Source: Mobula hypostoma (taxonomy: Eukaryota). From it: DNA of 64,000 bases. Positions 13,410 to 24,310 of this stretch are shown here, piece by piece. How positions within the stretch are numbered: the stretch's first letter is position 1; each line of letters opens with the position of its first letter. Made by a program: the position numbers and the translations under genes. Below the pieces are notes generated by a model. The model searched no databases. It saw nothing but the letters and a program-made list of their open reading frames with translations, and had not been told where the DNA came from. The DNA is taken from the NCBI RefSeq assembly GCF_963921235.1, contig NC_086097.1, forward strand, positions 195,798,001 through 195,862,000, read 5' to 3'.

Positions 13410-14155
13410 CTCGATCGGTAGCTGCTGTTTAGGTTTCTCCAAACTGAAACATTTAGCCAGGGCTACCCCTTCAGCCTCCTGCAGTCGATACGTCAGCTTC
13501 TTTGGGGACTCCTTCAACTCTCGTCACAGCCTCAGTGGTTCTGACTCAGGGTTCCTGGCCATCTCAATCTGGGATGCAGTTACCCCACCAGCTTCTCCCA
13601 CCCTGACCTGAAAAGCAGCAGTTAAAGGATGTTCAGCCTCCGGTTGTTTCTTCCTGATGACGTCCTCCAGGTCAATGTTCAGTTTTCCCACTTCATTTAA
13701 ACTATCGATTGTCATCTTCAGGTTCCTTTTAAGTGTCCACCTCCCTTTTCCGAGATTTGTCCTCCATTTCTTCACCTTCTCGGGAGTGTAGTCAAACTCC
13801 CCTCCTGGGCTCCCGGTTTTCTGTTGGCCTTAGTCAGAACACTTCCTTGATCTTCCCCAACTTGCAAGTCTTCCAATCTGTTCTGAATCGACGTCTTGAG
13901 TTTCTGCTGATCCCTTTGCAGGCGGTTGATTGTTTCTTCTTGCTGGATTAATTCATCAGTACATGACCGCAGTGCCGGCTCAGAAATCCGTTGCTCCTTC
14001 TCCACATTGATGAGCGTGAATTCCAAGTCTGCAATGGTCGTCCCACAAGTGCGGCACTCAGTCTCTGGCCGGCATTTCTGAGCACTCAGTTCAGCGGTGC
14101 AAATCCCCTCTCTCCCCTGTGTCTCATTCAGATTGACAACCTGGGTTTCCATCCC
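13410..14155 (-). pseudogene. Captured, intron-less, internally deleted sarcomeric myosin heavy chain rod fragment (possibly MYH16-like)
   Basis: Segments IADLEFTLINVEKEQ, LEDLQVGEDQGSVLTKAN, LKMTIDSLNEVGKLNIDLEDVIRKK, GEAGGVTASQIEM and [24 protein letters not shown] match recalled MYH rod motifs (IDDLELTLAKVEKEK, LDDLQAEEDKVNTLTKAK, EEAGGATSAQIEM, KKLAQRLQEAE..AKCASLEKTKQRL) in the native order. Confidence 0.85.
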
Positions 14156-15000
14156 CAGGTCCACCACCGTCTGTTCCAACACCAGGAAGTTCAACTGGTA
14201 TGTCGGGTCATTTTTCTCACATTGCACCAAACTCCTCCGGCCAAAAACTCCTCCACATGTGACACTTTGCTTCTGTCGCCCGGGCTCAGCCACTCGCCTC
14301 GCCTCATAATCCCCCCAGGCAAATCCAAGCTCTAGGCCGTCATCCACATAAGCCAAAACTCCACACACCTTCACTTCCCCCATGGTCTTCCTCATGCCCC
14401 GCGAGAAGGATGCAGGGGCTCCGGATATGCCCTTGGGCATCTTGTCGGATCGGAAGAATCCTAGGGAACTAATAACGGCCATCTTCAGCTCAACAGCCAC
14501 ACTCCTCAGGATCTGGCAACATCCACTCCTCAGATCCAGCACATTAAACCACATCGCATAATCCACACACACGCTGCCTTCATCTTCCACGCTGCTAGGG
14601 TCCAGTTGCCGCGACCTCTCTCTCACTGAGGAGTCTTCAGCAGTCAACTCCCCTCCCTCGTGGTGGTTCGGAGCATCTACTAAGAGGGTCTCACCCTCAG
14701 CTACTTTCCCCAGGCCGTACCACCGCCAGGTCTCGTTTAAATTCGGTACCGGCTCAAGGCTGCTACACACGTCCTCAGAAGCAACTCGACACGCTGAGTG
14801 CCCAGACAATGCCCCCATGAACTCTAGGGTCATTAACCAATCATTGTCTTCTGGATAACTACTGGCACTGGTACCCAAAATCTCCGGTGCCCTTGCTGCT
14901 GTCAAGGGTAAATGCTTCAGACACGGGTTGTAAAACGAACTGTACAACAACTTGATCTGCACCCCGGGGTCGAGGATGGCTTTAGCATCGCATCCGTAAT
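14156..15000 (-). pseudogene. Compressed Gypsy pol remnant (protease-RT-RNase H pieces)
   Basis: AILDPG (protease DT/SG position) near 14965-14985. RT-like VCVDY, WFNVLDLRSGCCQI, MPKGISGAPASF and VLAYVDD. RNase H-like EKNDPTYQLNFLVLEQTV. Confidence 0.8.
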
Positions 15001-15239
15001 GACACCCTGGGGCGTGGTCCCTCTAAGCCTTCAGGAATAGCGTCTTTTCCTTTCGGAAGTTCATTGGTACATTGGTGGGAACGTGCTTCCCCAGAGACCC
15101 CAAGCCGTTCCCCCACAAGGCCTCCACTAAGTTTCCCGACACTCCTCTGATCAGCTGAACAACTGAATGAGGGGCTGATCCCCTGAAATGATCCCCCGGC
15201 ACTGCAAGCAATTTAGCCGCCCTCCTAGCCAGAGAAGAC

Positions 15240-15490
15240 ACACTGAAAACTTTCCCCCCCTTTCAAATAACTGACAGCTGTCACTACGGTGTAAGTGAAC
15301 CTGACAGCTCTAACACCATCACTAGCCCACCTACTTAAACTTTCAACCAATCCCTGTCGCTCTCCCTCAACCCAGCACTGCCACTCATCTAATAACTGTG
15401 AGATCCGCTCTGCCCACGTCTCGCACGCCTCCACCCCTCCTGGGGTGGACACTATCCCAAACGCCAGGCGGAGCCTGCCAGAACTAGGAC
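15240..15490 (-). pseudogene. PNMA/Ma-like gag capsid remnant
   Basis: RLRLAFGIVSTPGGVEACETWAERISQLLDEWQC...RQGLVESL resembles the LRxFSG...E.FE.W.......L.EWQ...E.RRRL.ESL pattern of PNMA-type Gypsy gag. Confidence 0.7.
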
Positions 15491-15706
15491 ATTTATTCGC
15501 AGGCACTACCTCCAAATCAGACCACTCTTTCCTCTCTCTCCCAACAGCACAGACAGCCCCAAGTTCCACCTCCAACTCGTCAATGCTAGTCTGAACTCGA
15601 ACAAAGACCTCACCCACCACGCATGCAGCAATAACCAGCAAATAACCCACAGAGACACACATTACTGATTTAAACAGGCCCACCACACAGCATACCAATA
15701 GATCCA

Positions 15707-15724
15707 ATCCCAGACAAGCCCCCA
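15707..15724 (-). promoter_or_regulatory. Primer-binding site (PBS), tRNA-Pro type
   Basis: Minus strand TGGGGGCTTGTCTGGGAT, 3 nt after the 5' LTR. Differs from the canonical Pro PBS TGGGGGCTCGTCCGGGAT by two CpG-type C>T changes. Confidence 0.88.
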
Positions 15725-15727
15725 CAA

Positions 15728-16417
15728 TGTAGCCCCCCGGCCAGCCTCAGGGTCGCTCGGTTCGCTGTCGTCTAGGGAAGCAACCCTCGGCCCCGCCAAA
15801 CTGGTTAATAGTTTGTGTGGATGCTGTGTGATGTACCCCACCCCGCACAAATAACAGACAATACACCAGTTACGATTAAATGATTTACAGTTTATAGATA
15901 TTACTGGAACTATATAATTAATAGAGAATAAAATATAAAAGGAAAATAAAAGGCGCCACACTTATCAAAGTTCAATCTCTTCGTGCACAAACAGTTGGAA
16001 CTCAGGACCCTTCTTCACCCTGCGACCCCTCGGACCACCTCGACCGGCCGCCTGGGACCAACAACAGTGGTCGACCAGACGCTCCACACGAGTCCGTCAC
16101 CGTCTCCTCTCCTTGCCGAACGCCCCGCTCGGGGTCCAACCCATTAGTGGACTCACAACACTTGGTCCATTCTCTGTCTCTCTCTCCCGCCCTCTGCCCC
16201 AAAACCCGGCGCATACAGTATCTTCAAATACACCAAAAACACAACTATCCCAATTGGTTCGTAACGTATTCTTATCACACTCTAAGCCAAAACAAGCTGC
16301 TAGTGCAAGAACTTTCTCAGCATTTAACATAACAAAGAAGCATTCCCAAGTATAACATAACAAAGAAGCCATTTTAATTAGCCTACGCAGTAACATAAAA
16401 GATGAAACCCCCTTACA
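15728..16417 (-). repeat. 5' LTR
   Basis: Direct repeat of 12217-12909; TGTAAGGGG...GGGGGGCTACA. Confidence 0.95.
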
Positions 16418-16504
16418 GGTTTAATGACTGTTAGATTTTTCTTCCTGCTGCTTCACACAATTCTCCTTTAATTCCTTGGAATATAGACAATCATTTCTAA
16501 ACTG

Positions 16505-16880
16505 CAAGAGGTGACTTGATAGAGACATACAAGATAATGAATTGATCATGTGGATAGTCAGTGGCTTTTCCCCAGGGCTGAAATGGTTAGCATGAGAGGG
16601 GATAGTTTTAAGGTGCTTGGAAGTAGGTACAGAGGAGATGTCAGGGGTAAGTTTCTTACGCAGAGAGTGGTGAGTGCGTGGAATGGGCTGCCAGCAGCGG
16701 TGGTGGAGGCGGAAACAATAGGGTCTTTTAAGAGTCTTCTGGATGGCTACATGGAGCTGAGAAGAATAGAGGGCTATGGGTAAAGTCCAGCTAGTTCTAA
16801 GGTAGGGACATGTTCGGCACAGCTTTGTGGGCCGAAGGGCCTGTATTGTGCTGTATGTTTTCGATGTTTCTATGTTCTAT
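16505..16880 (+). mobile_element. CR1 LINE 3' fragment
   Basis: ORF 16550-16783 is the CR1 C-terminus, followed by a TTTCTATG tail. Same subfamily as 10905-11533. Confidence 0.88.
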
Positions 16881-18056
16881 ATTTCTAAGAAAAATCTAGA
16901 TGATGCCCCCCCCCATTGTTCAGGTAACAAAAATTTGCCTTTACAAAATTCACAAATGACTACCCATATATTTGAGATACAGAATAAAATTTGCTTTCAC
17001 AGCATTTTTGTGAAAAAAGTAAATAAATCAACACAAATTTTCTTTCTATTTCGTCTCACATCTTCTGATATATCTGCAGATGATGAGACCATAAGATATA
17101 GGAGCCAAATTAGGCCATTTGGCCCATCAAGTCTGCTCTGCCATTTCATCATGGCTGATCCAATTTTCCTCTCAGCTCCAATCTCTTGCCTTCTCTCAGT
17201 ATCCCTTCATGCCCTGATCAATCAAGAATCTATCAAACTCTGCCTTGAATCTACATAAAGGCTCGGTCGCCACAGCTGTCTGTGACAAAGAATTCCACAG
17301 ATTCACCATTTTCTAGCTAAAGAAATTCCTCCTTTTCTCCATTCTGAATGGACACCACTCTATTCTCAGGCTGTGTCCTCTGGTCTTAGACTCTACCATC
17401 ATTGGATTTATCCTCTCCACAACACCCTATCAAGGCCTTTCACCATTCGATAGGTTTCAATCATGTCACCCATCATTCTTCTGAATTCTAGTGAACACAG
17501 GCCCAGAGCCATCAGACAAGCCATTCAATCCTGGAATCATTTTTGTGAACCTCCTTTGAGCACTCTCCAGTTTCAGCACATCCTTTCTAATGTAAGAGGT
17601 CCAAAGCTGCTCACAGTACTACAAGTGAGGCCTCACCAGTGCTTTATAGAAGTTTCAGCATTACATCCTTGCTTTTATGTTCTAGTCCTCTTGAAATGGT
17701 ATGGAGGAGCTCCTCCACGGGGCCGAAAGAAGCCGCAGAAGGTTGTAAATCTAGTCAGCTCCATCTTGGATACTAACCTACAAAGTGCCCAGAACATCTT
17801 TAGGGAGTGGTGTCTCAGAAGGACAGCGTCTATTATTAAAACCTCCAGCACCCAGGGCATGTCCTTTTTCTCACTGTTACCATCAGGTAGGAGGTACAGA
17901 AGCCTGAAGGCACACACTCAGCGATTCAGCAACAGCTTCTTCCCCTCTGCCATCCAATTCCAAAATGGACATTGAATCTTTGGACACTACCTCACTTTTT
18001 TTTAATATACAGTATTTCTGTTTTTGCATATTTTTATAATCTATTCAACATATGTA

Positions 18057-19636
18057 CAAACCCCATTTCCAGAAAAGTTGGGATATTTTCCAAAATGCAA
18101 TAAAAACAAATATCTGTGATATGTTAATTCACGTGAACCTTTATTTAACTGACATAGTACAAAGAAAAGATTTTCAATAGTTTTACTGACCAACTTAAAT
18201 GTATTTTGTAACTATACACAAATTTAGAATTTGATGGCTGCAACACACTCAACAAAAGTTGGGACAGAGTTAAAATAAGATTGAAAAGTGCACAGAATAT
18301 TCAAGTAACACTGGTTTGGAAGACTCCACATTAAGCAGGCTAATTGGTAGCAGGTGAGGTATCATGACTGGGTATAAAAGTAGCATCCATCAAAGGCTCA
18401 GTCTTTGCAAGCAAGGATGGGTCGTGGTTCACCCCTTTGTGCCAAAATTTGTGAGAGAATTGCTCGTCAGTTCAAAAGGAACATTTCTCAATGCAAGATT
18501 GCAGAGAATTTAGGTCTTTCAACATCTACAGTACATAATATTGTGAAAAGATTCAGAGAATTCAAAGACATCTCAGTGCGTAAAGGGCAAGGTCGGAAAC
18601 CACTGTTGAATGCGTGTGATCTTTGAGCCTTCAGGCGGCACTGCCTAAGAAACCGTCATGCTACTGTGACAATTATAGCCACCTGGGCTCGGGAGTACTT
18701 GGGAAAACCATTGTCACTCAACACAGTCCGTCGCTGCATCCAGAAATGCAACTTGAAACTGTATTACGCAAGGAGGAGGCCATACATCAACTCTATGCAG
18801 AAACGCCGGCGAGTTCTCTGGGCCCGAGCTCATCTCAGATCGACCGAAAGACTGTGGAACCGTATGCTGTGGTCAGATGAGTCCACATTTCAGTTAGTTT
18901 TCAGAAAAAACAGGCGTCGAGTTCTCTGTGCCAAAGATGAAAACGACCACCCAGATTGTTATCAGCGAAAGGTGCAAAAGCCAGCATCTGTGATGGTATG
19001 GGGGTGCATCAGTGCCCACGGCATGGGTGAGTTGCATGTATGTGAAGGTACCATTGACTCTGAGGCGTATATTAGGATTTTCAAGGCGACGTCTCTTCCT
19101 GGAATGTCCATGCTTATTTCAGCAGGACAATGCCAGACCTCATTCTGCACGGGCTACAACAGCGTGGCTTTGTAGACACAGAGTGTGTGTGCTTGACTGG
19201 CCTGCTGCCAGTCCAGATCTATCTCCTATTGAAAATGTATGGCGCATCATGAAGAGAATCAGACAACGGAGACCACGGACTGTTGAGCAGCTGAAGTCTT
19301 ATATCAAGCAAGAATGGACAAAATTTCCAATTGCAAATCTACTGCAATTAGTATCCTCAGTTCCAAAATGATTAAAAAGTGTTATTAAAAGGAAAGGTGA
19401 TGTAACACAATGGTAAAAATGCCTCTGTCCCAACTTTTGTTGAGTGTGCTGCAGCCATCAAATTCTAAATTTGTGTATGTTTACAAAATACAATTAAGTT
19501 GGTCAGTAAAACTATTGAAAATCTTTTCTTTGTACTTTTGTCAGTTAAATAAAGGTTCACGTGAATTAACATATCACAGATTTTTGTTTTTATTGCATTT
19601 TGGAAAATATCCTAACTTTTCTGGAAATGGAGTTTG
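18057..19636 (+). mobile_element. Near full-length Tc1 transposon (DD34E) with ~200-bp TIRs
   Basis: Termini CAAACCCCATTTCCAGAAAAGTTGGG / CCTAACTTTTCTGGAAATGGAGTTTG, flanked by TA at 18055-18056 and 19637-19638. Confidence 0.95.
18417..19416 (+). pseudogene. Tc1 transposase with stops/frameshifts
   Basis: HTH with GRK motif, WSDEST, MVWGCIS, FQQDNARPH, SPDLSPIE (34 residues between the second D and E). TATAAAA at 18373-18379 upstream. Confidence 0.92.
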
Positions 19637-20564
19637 TAATTGATTTACTTGTTTATTTATTAGTATTATGTTTTATTTTATTTATTATTTTTTTCTCTGC
19701 TAGATTATGTATTGCATCGAACTGCTGCGGCTAAGTTAACAAATTTCACGTCACATGCCGGTGATAATAAACCTGATTCTGATTCTGAAATTAATGCTAA
19801 CATTGCACTTGCCTTCCTCACCACAGACTCAAGCTTCAAATTAACCTTTAGGGAATCCTATACAAAGACTCCCAAGTCCATCAGGAATGTGATTTCCCCC
19901 ATTCATGCCTTAAAGTGTAACAGGGAGATCACCTATACTGGACATCTAAAGCAAAACCAGACAGAAAGTACTGGATATTCCAGCATGTTAGACAACATCT
20001 GTTAACAGAAAAGAATATTAATATTTAACATTGGAAAACTTTCTTTAGAATTTGTATTTTATTTAACTAAAGCTTAAGTGGTGAATATTCATGGATCAGC
20101 ATTTACTGTTCTTACTCAGGGCTAGATACAACTGATACCTTTCCCTCTATTCTTCCCCAAACTCTAGCGTATTTGGCAGGGAACCCAGCAGACTTAGCAT
20201 GCATTTTGTAAGTCTTATGGACAAGGTATTGTACTGACCACAAAGAATGAGATGGAGATGACAGTTTGTCAGAATTGACTACAGTGGGAATTGAAATCTG
20301 TTCAATGCTAAGAAAGGCAATTGTGTCTCCAACTTCTGCTCTCATAAAGTTAAGATCTGCTGTCCACAGTGCACCAAATTTTAGCAAATGTTCTCAGATA
20401 GGAGTTGAAGTCCGGGGTATCTGGATGAAGTACATAATGCTCAACAACAATTACAGAGCATAATGAATGGCACTCTCTTTTAAAATTCCAGCATCAGGCT
20501 TTATCATCTTCTGATCTACATTTTATGGTGAAACTCGGATTTGGGAACATATTCACAAATTCAT

Positions 20565-20825
20565 TCATTGAGATACAGCGTGGAATAGGCCCTTGGGCCC
20601 TTCAAGCTAAACTGCTCAACAACCCACCAATTTAACCCTAGCCTAATCACAGGACAACTTACAATGACCAATTAACCTAACGACTGGTATGTCTTTGGAT
20701 TGTGGGAGGAAACCAGAGCACCCGGAGGAAACACATGTGGTCATGGGAAGAACATACAAACTCCTTACAGGCAGTGGCAGGAATTGAACCCGGGTCACCT
20801 GCACTGTAACGTGTCATGCTAACCA
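20565..20825 (-). mobile_element. tRNA-derived V-SINE/HE1-like SINE
   Basis: Minus strand has a B-box-like GGTTCAATTCC and the core GTTTCCTCCGGGTGCTCTGGTTTCCTCCCACA. Confidence 0.8.
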
Positions 20826-21534
20826 AATGGAAATTAGTAATTCACCTTGTCATTATTTCAGTTGAGATCATTGCATCTTAGATTTTCTTTCACTTCTAGT
20901 CAAATTTAAACGGGATTTAATCTTGTGCTAAACCCTGCCAATCTACCCAATTAAAATTAAGAGATAAATTGCTGAAACCTTTCCTTTTTAATTATATACC
21001 TTAATTCATCATATGGAGCCTATTTCAAAATATAGGAACAACTTACAATTATATGCCACAGGAGACCAAATAGAATATTTTAGTCCAGGTGCTGACATTT
21101 ATGTGCACAGTAAGAATTCAACACAAGTTACAAGAAACAGATAGTTACCTAAGAAAACACATTTATAAAGCTTTGCATTGCAACACTACAAATCAAATTA
21201 ATCTCTATTTCAAAACCTAAAACAAACACAAAGTAATGTTAATTAACAATTTACTCGTGCCAGATAATGCCAGATAATAATCAAGAAACTGCAATGTAGT
21301 CAAGCATACCTAAAAATTAGTATTCGCTACGTCAATTTTTTTCATGCTGAAAGCAAAACCATAAAATTCTACCCATTTAAGAGCTAATAAATGGCAAGTC
21401 TCTCAATCTGGTTATGATAATTAATGCATTAAAACTAAGAACCCAATTACCTTAGAATTATTTAAGCAGTGGTTCACAATATCAATATTAACACATATTA
21501 CTGCCATAATTTGGACAGAGAGATTCAAGAGTTG

Positions 21535-23180
21535 TCAGAGATACAGCACGGAACAGCTCGTTCTGACCCTTTCAGTCCCAATAACTCCTGATTTAACCCT
21601 AGCCTAATCACGGGGCCATTTACCATGACCAATTAACGCATTTATCATGATCTTTCAAGAATCACTTGATTCTGGTGAGGTCCCAGAGGAATGGAAGATT
21701 GCAAATGTCACTCCACTGTTTAAGGAGAGAGAAAGGCGAAAGAAAGGAACTTATAGGCCAGTTAGCCTAACCTCAGTGGCTGGGAAAGTGTTGGAGTCTA
21801 TTATTAAGGATGAGGTTTCGAGGTACTTGGAGACTAATGACAAAGTAAGTCAAAGTCAGCATGGTTTCTGTAAAGGGTGATCTTGCCAGACAAATCTGTT
21901 AGAGTTGAAGAAGTAACAAGCAGGGTGGACAAAGGAGAGGCAGTGGATGTCATTTACTTGGATTTGCAGAAGGTGTTTGATAAGGTTCCATACATGAAGC
22001 TGCTTAACAAAATAAATCCAAAGGCATGACAGGAAAGATACCGGCATGGATAGTGGAATGTCTGACAGGTAGGAGGTAGTGAGTGGGGATAAAGGGTCCA
22101 TTTCTGGTTGGCTGCCGGTGACTAGTGGTGTTCCTCGGGGTCAGTATTTGGACAGCTACTTTTCACGTTGCTTGTCAATGATTTAGATAATGGAATCAAT
22201 GGCTGTGTCACAGAGTTTGCGGATGATACAAAGATAGGTGGAGGGGTAAGCGGTGCTGAGGAAGCAATGCGAAGAATGGGCAAAAGAAATGGCAGATGGA
22301 ATACAGTGTTGGGAAATGTATGATAATACATTTTGGTAAAAGGAACAATAGTGTGGACTATTATCTAAGTGGGGAGAAGGTTCAAACATCAAAGGTGCAG
22401 AGGGACTTAGGAGTCCTCATGCAAGACTCCCAGAAAGTTAATTTACAGGTTGAGACTGCGGTAAAGAAGGCAAATGGAAAGTTGGCATTTATTTCAAGGG
22501 GAATAGAATATAAAAGCAAGGAGATAATACCGAACCTTTATAAGACACTGGTCAGGCCGTATTGTCAACAGTTTTGGGCCCCATATCTCAGAAAGGATGT
22601 GTTGTCATTGGAGAGAGTCCAGGAGGTTCACAAGGATGATTCCAGGAATGAAGGGGTTAACATATGAAGAGCATTTGGTAGCTTTGGGCCTGTACTCACT
22701 GGAATTTAGAAGAATGTGGGGGGATCTCATTGAAACCTACCGAATGTTGAAAGGACTAGATAGGGTAAATGTAGAGAGGATGTTCCCTGTGGTGACGGTA
22801 TCAACAACTGGAGGGCACAACCTCAAATTTGAGGGGAAACCCTTTAGAACAGAGTTAAGGAGGAATTTTTTTAGCCAGAGAGTAGTAAATCTGTGGAATG
22901 ATCTGTCACAGACTGTGGTGGAGGCCAAGTCCATGGGTATATTTAAGGCAAAAGTTGATTGTTTCCTGATCAGTCAGGGCACCAAAGGATATGACAAGAA
23001 GACAGCTGTATAGGGTTTAGTGAGATCTGGGATCAACCATGATGGAATGGCGGAAGGACTCGATGGGCTGAATAGCCTAATTCTGCTTCTCTGTCTTATG
23101 GTCTTATGTTCTTAACCTACTAACCAATATGCCTTTGGACTGTGGGAGGAAACCAGAGCACCCAGGGAAAACCCACATAT
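21535..23180 (-). mobile_element. V-SINE/HE1-like SINE (21535-21637 plus 23112-23180) split by CR1
   Basis: Both halves are collinear with the SINE at 20565-20825. Confidence 0.75.
21638..23111 (+). mobile_element. CR1 LINE, 5'-truncated, frameshifted RT
   Basis: WKIANVTPLFK, YRPVSLTS, FADDTKIG, YCQQFWAPYLRKD. (TCTTATGG)-type tail. TSD TTAAC at 21633-21637 and 23112-23116. Confidence 0.92.
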
Positions 23181-24144
23181 TCTGCAGCTAAGGTTTCAAC
23201 CTATTTTTTACATGACTTCCATTGTATTCCTACATGCTTTGTTACATTTGAATATATTTTATAGTGGTCTTATTGCCCCAGTGCCAGAATTCCATATTTT
23301 CAGCTACATGAGAGGTAGAACCAGGATAGTGACCTAGATCTAATCCTGACCTCCTGTCTCTGAGAAATTTGCATACCCTCCCTGTCATTGCAAAGTTTTT
23401 TTTCTGTGAGTGTTACAGTTTCCTACCACATCCCAAAGGTAGGCTGGCTAATGGATGAATTGGCTATTATAAATTATGTCTCGTGTTTGTGGGTGCAGAG
23501 CTGATGGACAAGTGAGGTATGAAAATAAATGGAGGATTGGGATTGATGGGATTGCTTTAACAACCAGTGTGAACTCAGTAAAGTGATCACTTCCTTCAAG
23601 TGCAAAAGGAAATAGCAATAAATATTTTGTTGTGGTTTAGTCACTCAATTGTGACAATATCATTTACAAATTAACTGTAATGAACTATGGATATATATCA
23701 AAAGAGTGTGAGATGAAATATTTGATGTAATTAACTGGGCCAATATTACATCTTCAGTTCAATGCACACACATACAGATCAAATTCAGCTTCAGACAAGT
23801 TTATTGTCATATTCATCAAGATCTAATGAAATTCCTTCTGGAGTGAAGCTACAGAATAAGCAATATACATGGTAACAATAAATACAGCAATAGATACTGC
23901 AAAAGATGCAATACAACAGAGTGGTGCAAAGATTGTAGTGCAAAAAGAAATGCTAAAATGACAATAATGGAATAACAGAGAGTGCAACAATGTGGCAGCA
24001 TTAATGAGAAGGTTTTGTGAAAGACGTAATTGGTTCTGAAGTCTGATGGCAGAGGGATTGAAGCTGTTCTTACGTCTGGATGTTCAGGTTTTCAACCTCC
24101 TGTATCTACTCCCAGATAGTAAAGACGGAAAAGGGAATTGCCAG

Positions 24145-24310
24145 AGTAGCATGCAGAGGTGTTAGGTTGATGGAACAGACTACCAGGGTGGCCATAGAGG
24201 CAGATATACTAGGATATTTAAGATACTCTTAGATAGGCACATGGCTGATAGAAAAATGACGAGTAATGTGGGATGGAAGGGTTATGTTCCATGTTATACT
24301 GTTCTATGTT
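24145..24310 (+). mobile_element. Short CR1 3' fragment
   Basis: TGGAAC...CCAGGG...GAGGCAGATA...TTTAAGA...TAGATAGGCACATG pattern with a TGTTCTATG tail. Confidence 0.6.

Larger units (their letters stand above)
12217..16417 (-). mobile_element. Non-autonomous Gypsy/Ty3-type LTR retroelement carrying a captured myosin heavy chain fragment
   Basis: Two ~690-bp direct repeats with TG...CA ends. 4-bp TSD GGTT (12213-12216, 16418-16421). Primer-binding site, polypurine tract and degenerate gag/PR/RT/RNase H pieces present. Confidence 0.95.
17698..19785 (+). mobile_element. Rex1/Babar-like LINE 3' end, split by Tc1
   Basis: WYGG...FSLLPSGRRYRSLKAHTQRFSNSFFPSAI, (GATTCT)n tail, TSD TGAAAT at 17692-17697 and 19786-19791. 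Confidence 0.85.
17085..19880 (-). mobile_element. CR1 LINE 3' fragment (17085-17697 plus 19786-19880), split by a Rex1-like insertion
   Basis: The minus-strand CR1 sequence stops at ...CTCTTGAAAT and resumes TGAAATTAATGCTAACATTGC, collinear with the CR1 at 61001-61650. Confidence 0.8.

Noticed and set aside
13410..14155. A genuine host myosin gene exon
   Set aside because: It lies wholly between two LTRs, has no introns or splice sites at the segment joins, and carries a frameshift, a stop and helix-breaking substitutions.
20112..20387. 91-aa ORF in non-repetitive DNA ending near a GTAAG
   Set aside because: No recognisable domain, non-ATG start and no supporting neighbouring exons.
20740..20825. 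tRNA gene
   Set aside because: Only a B-box-like head of a SINE. No cloverleaf can be completed.
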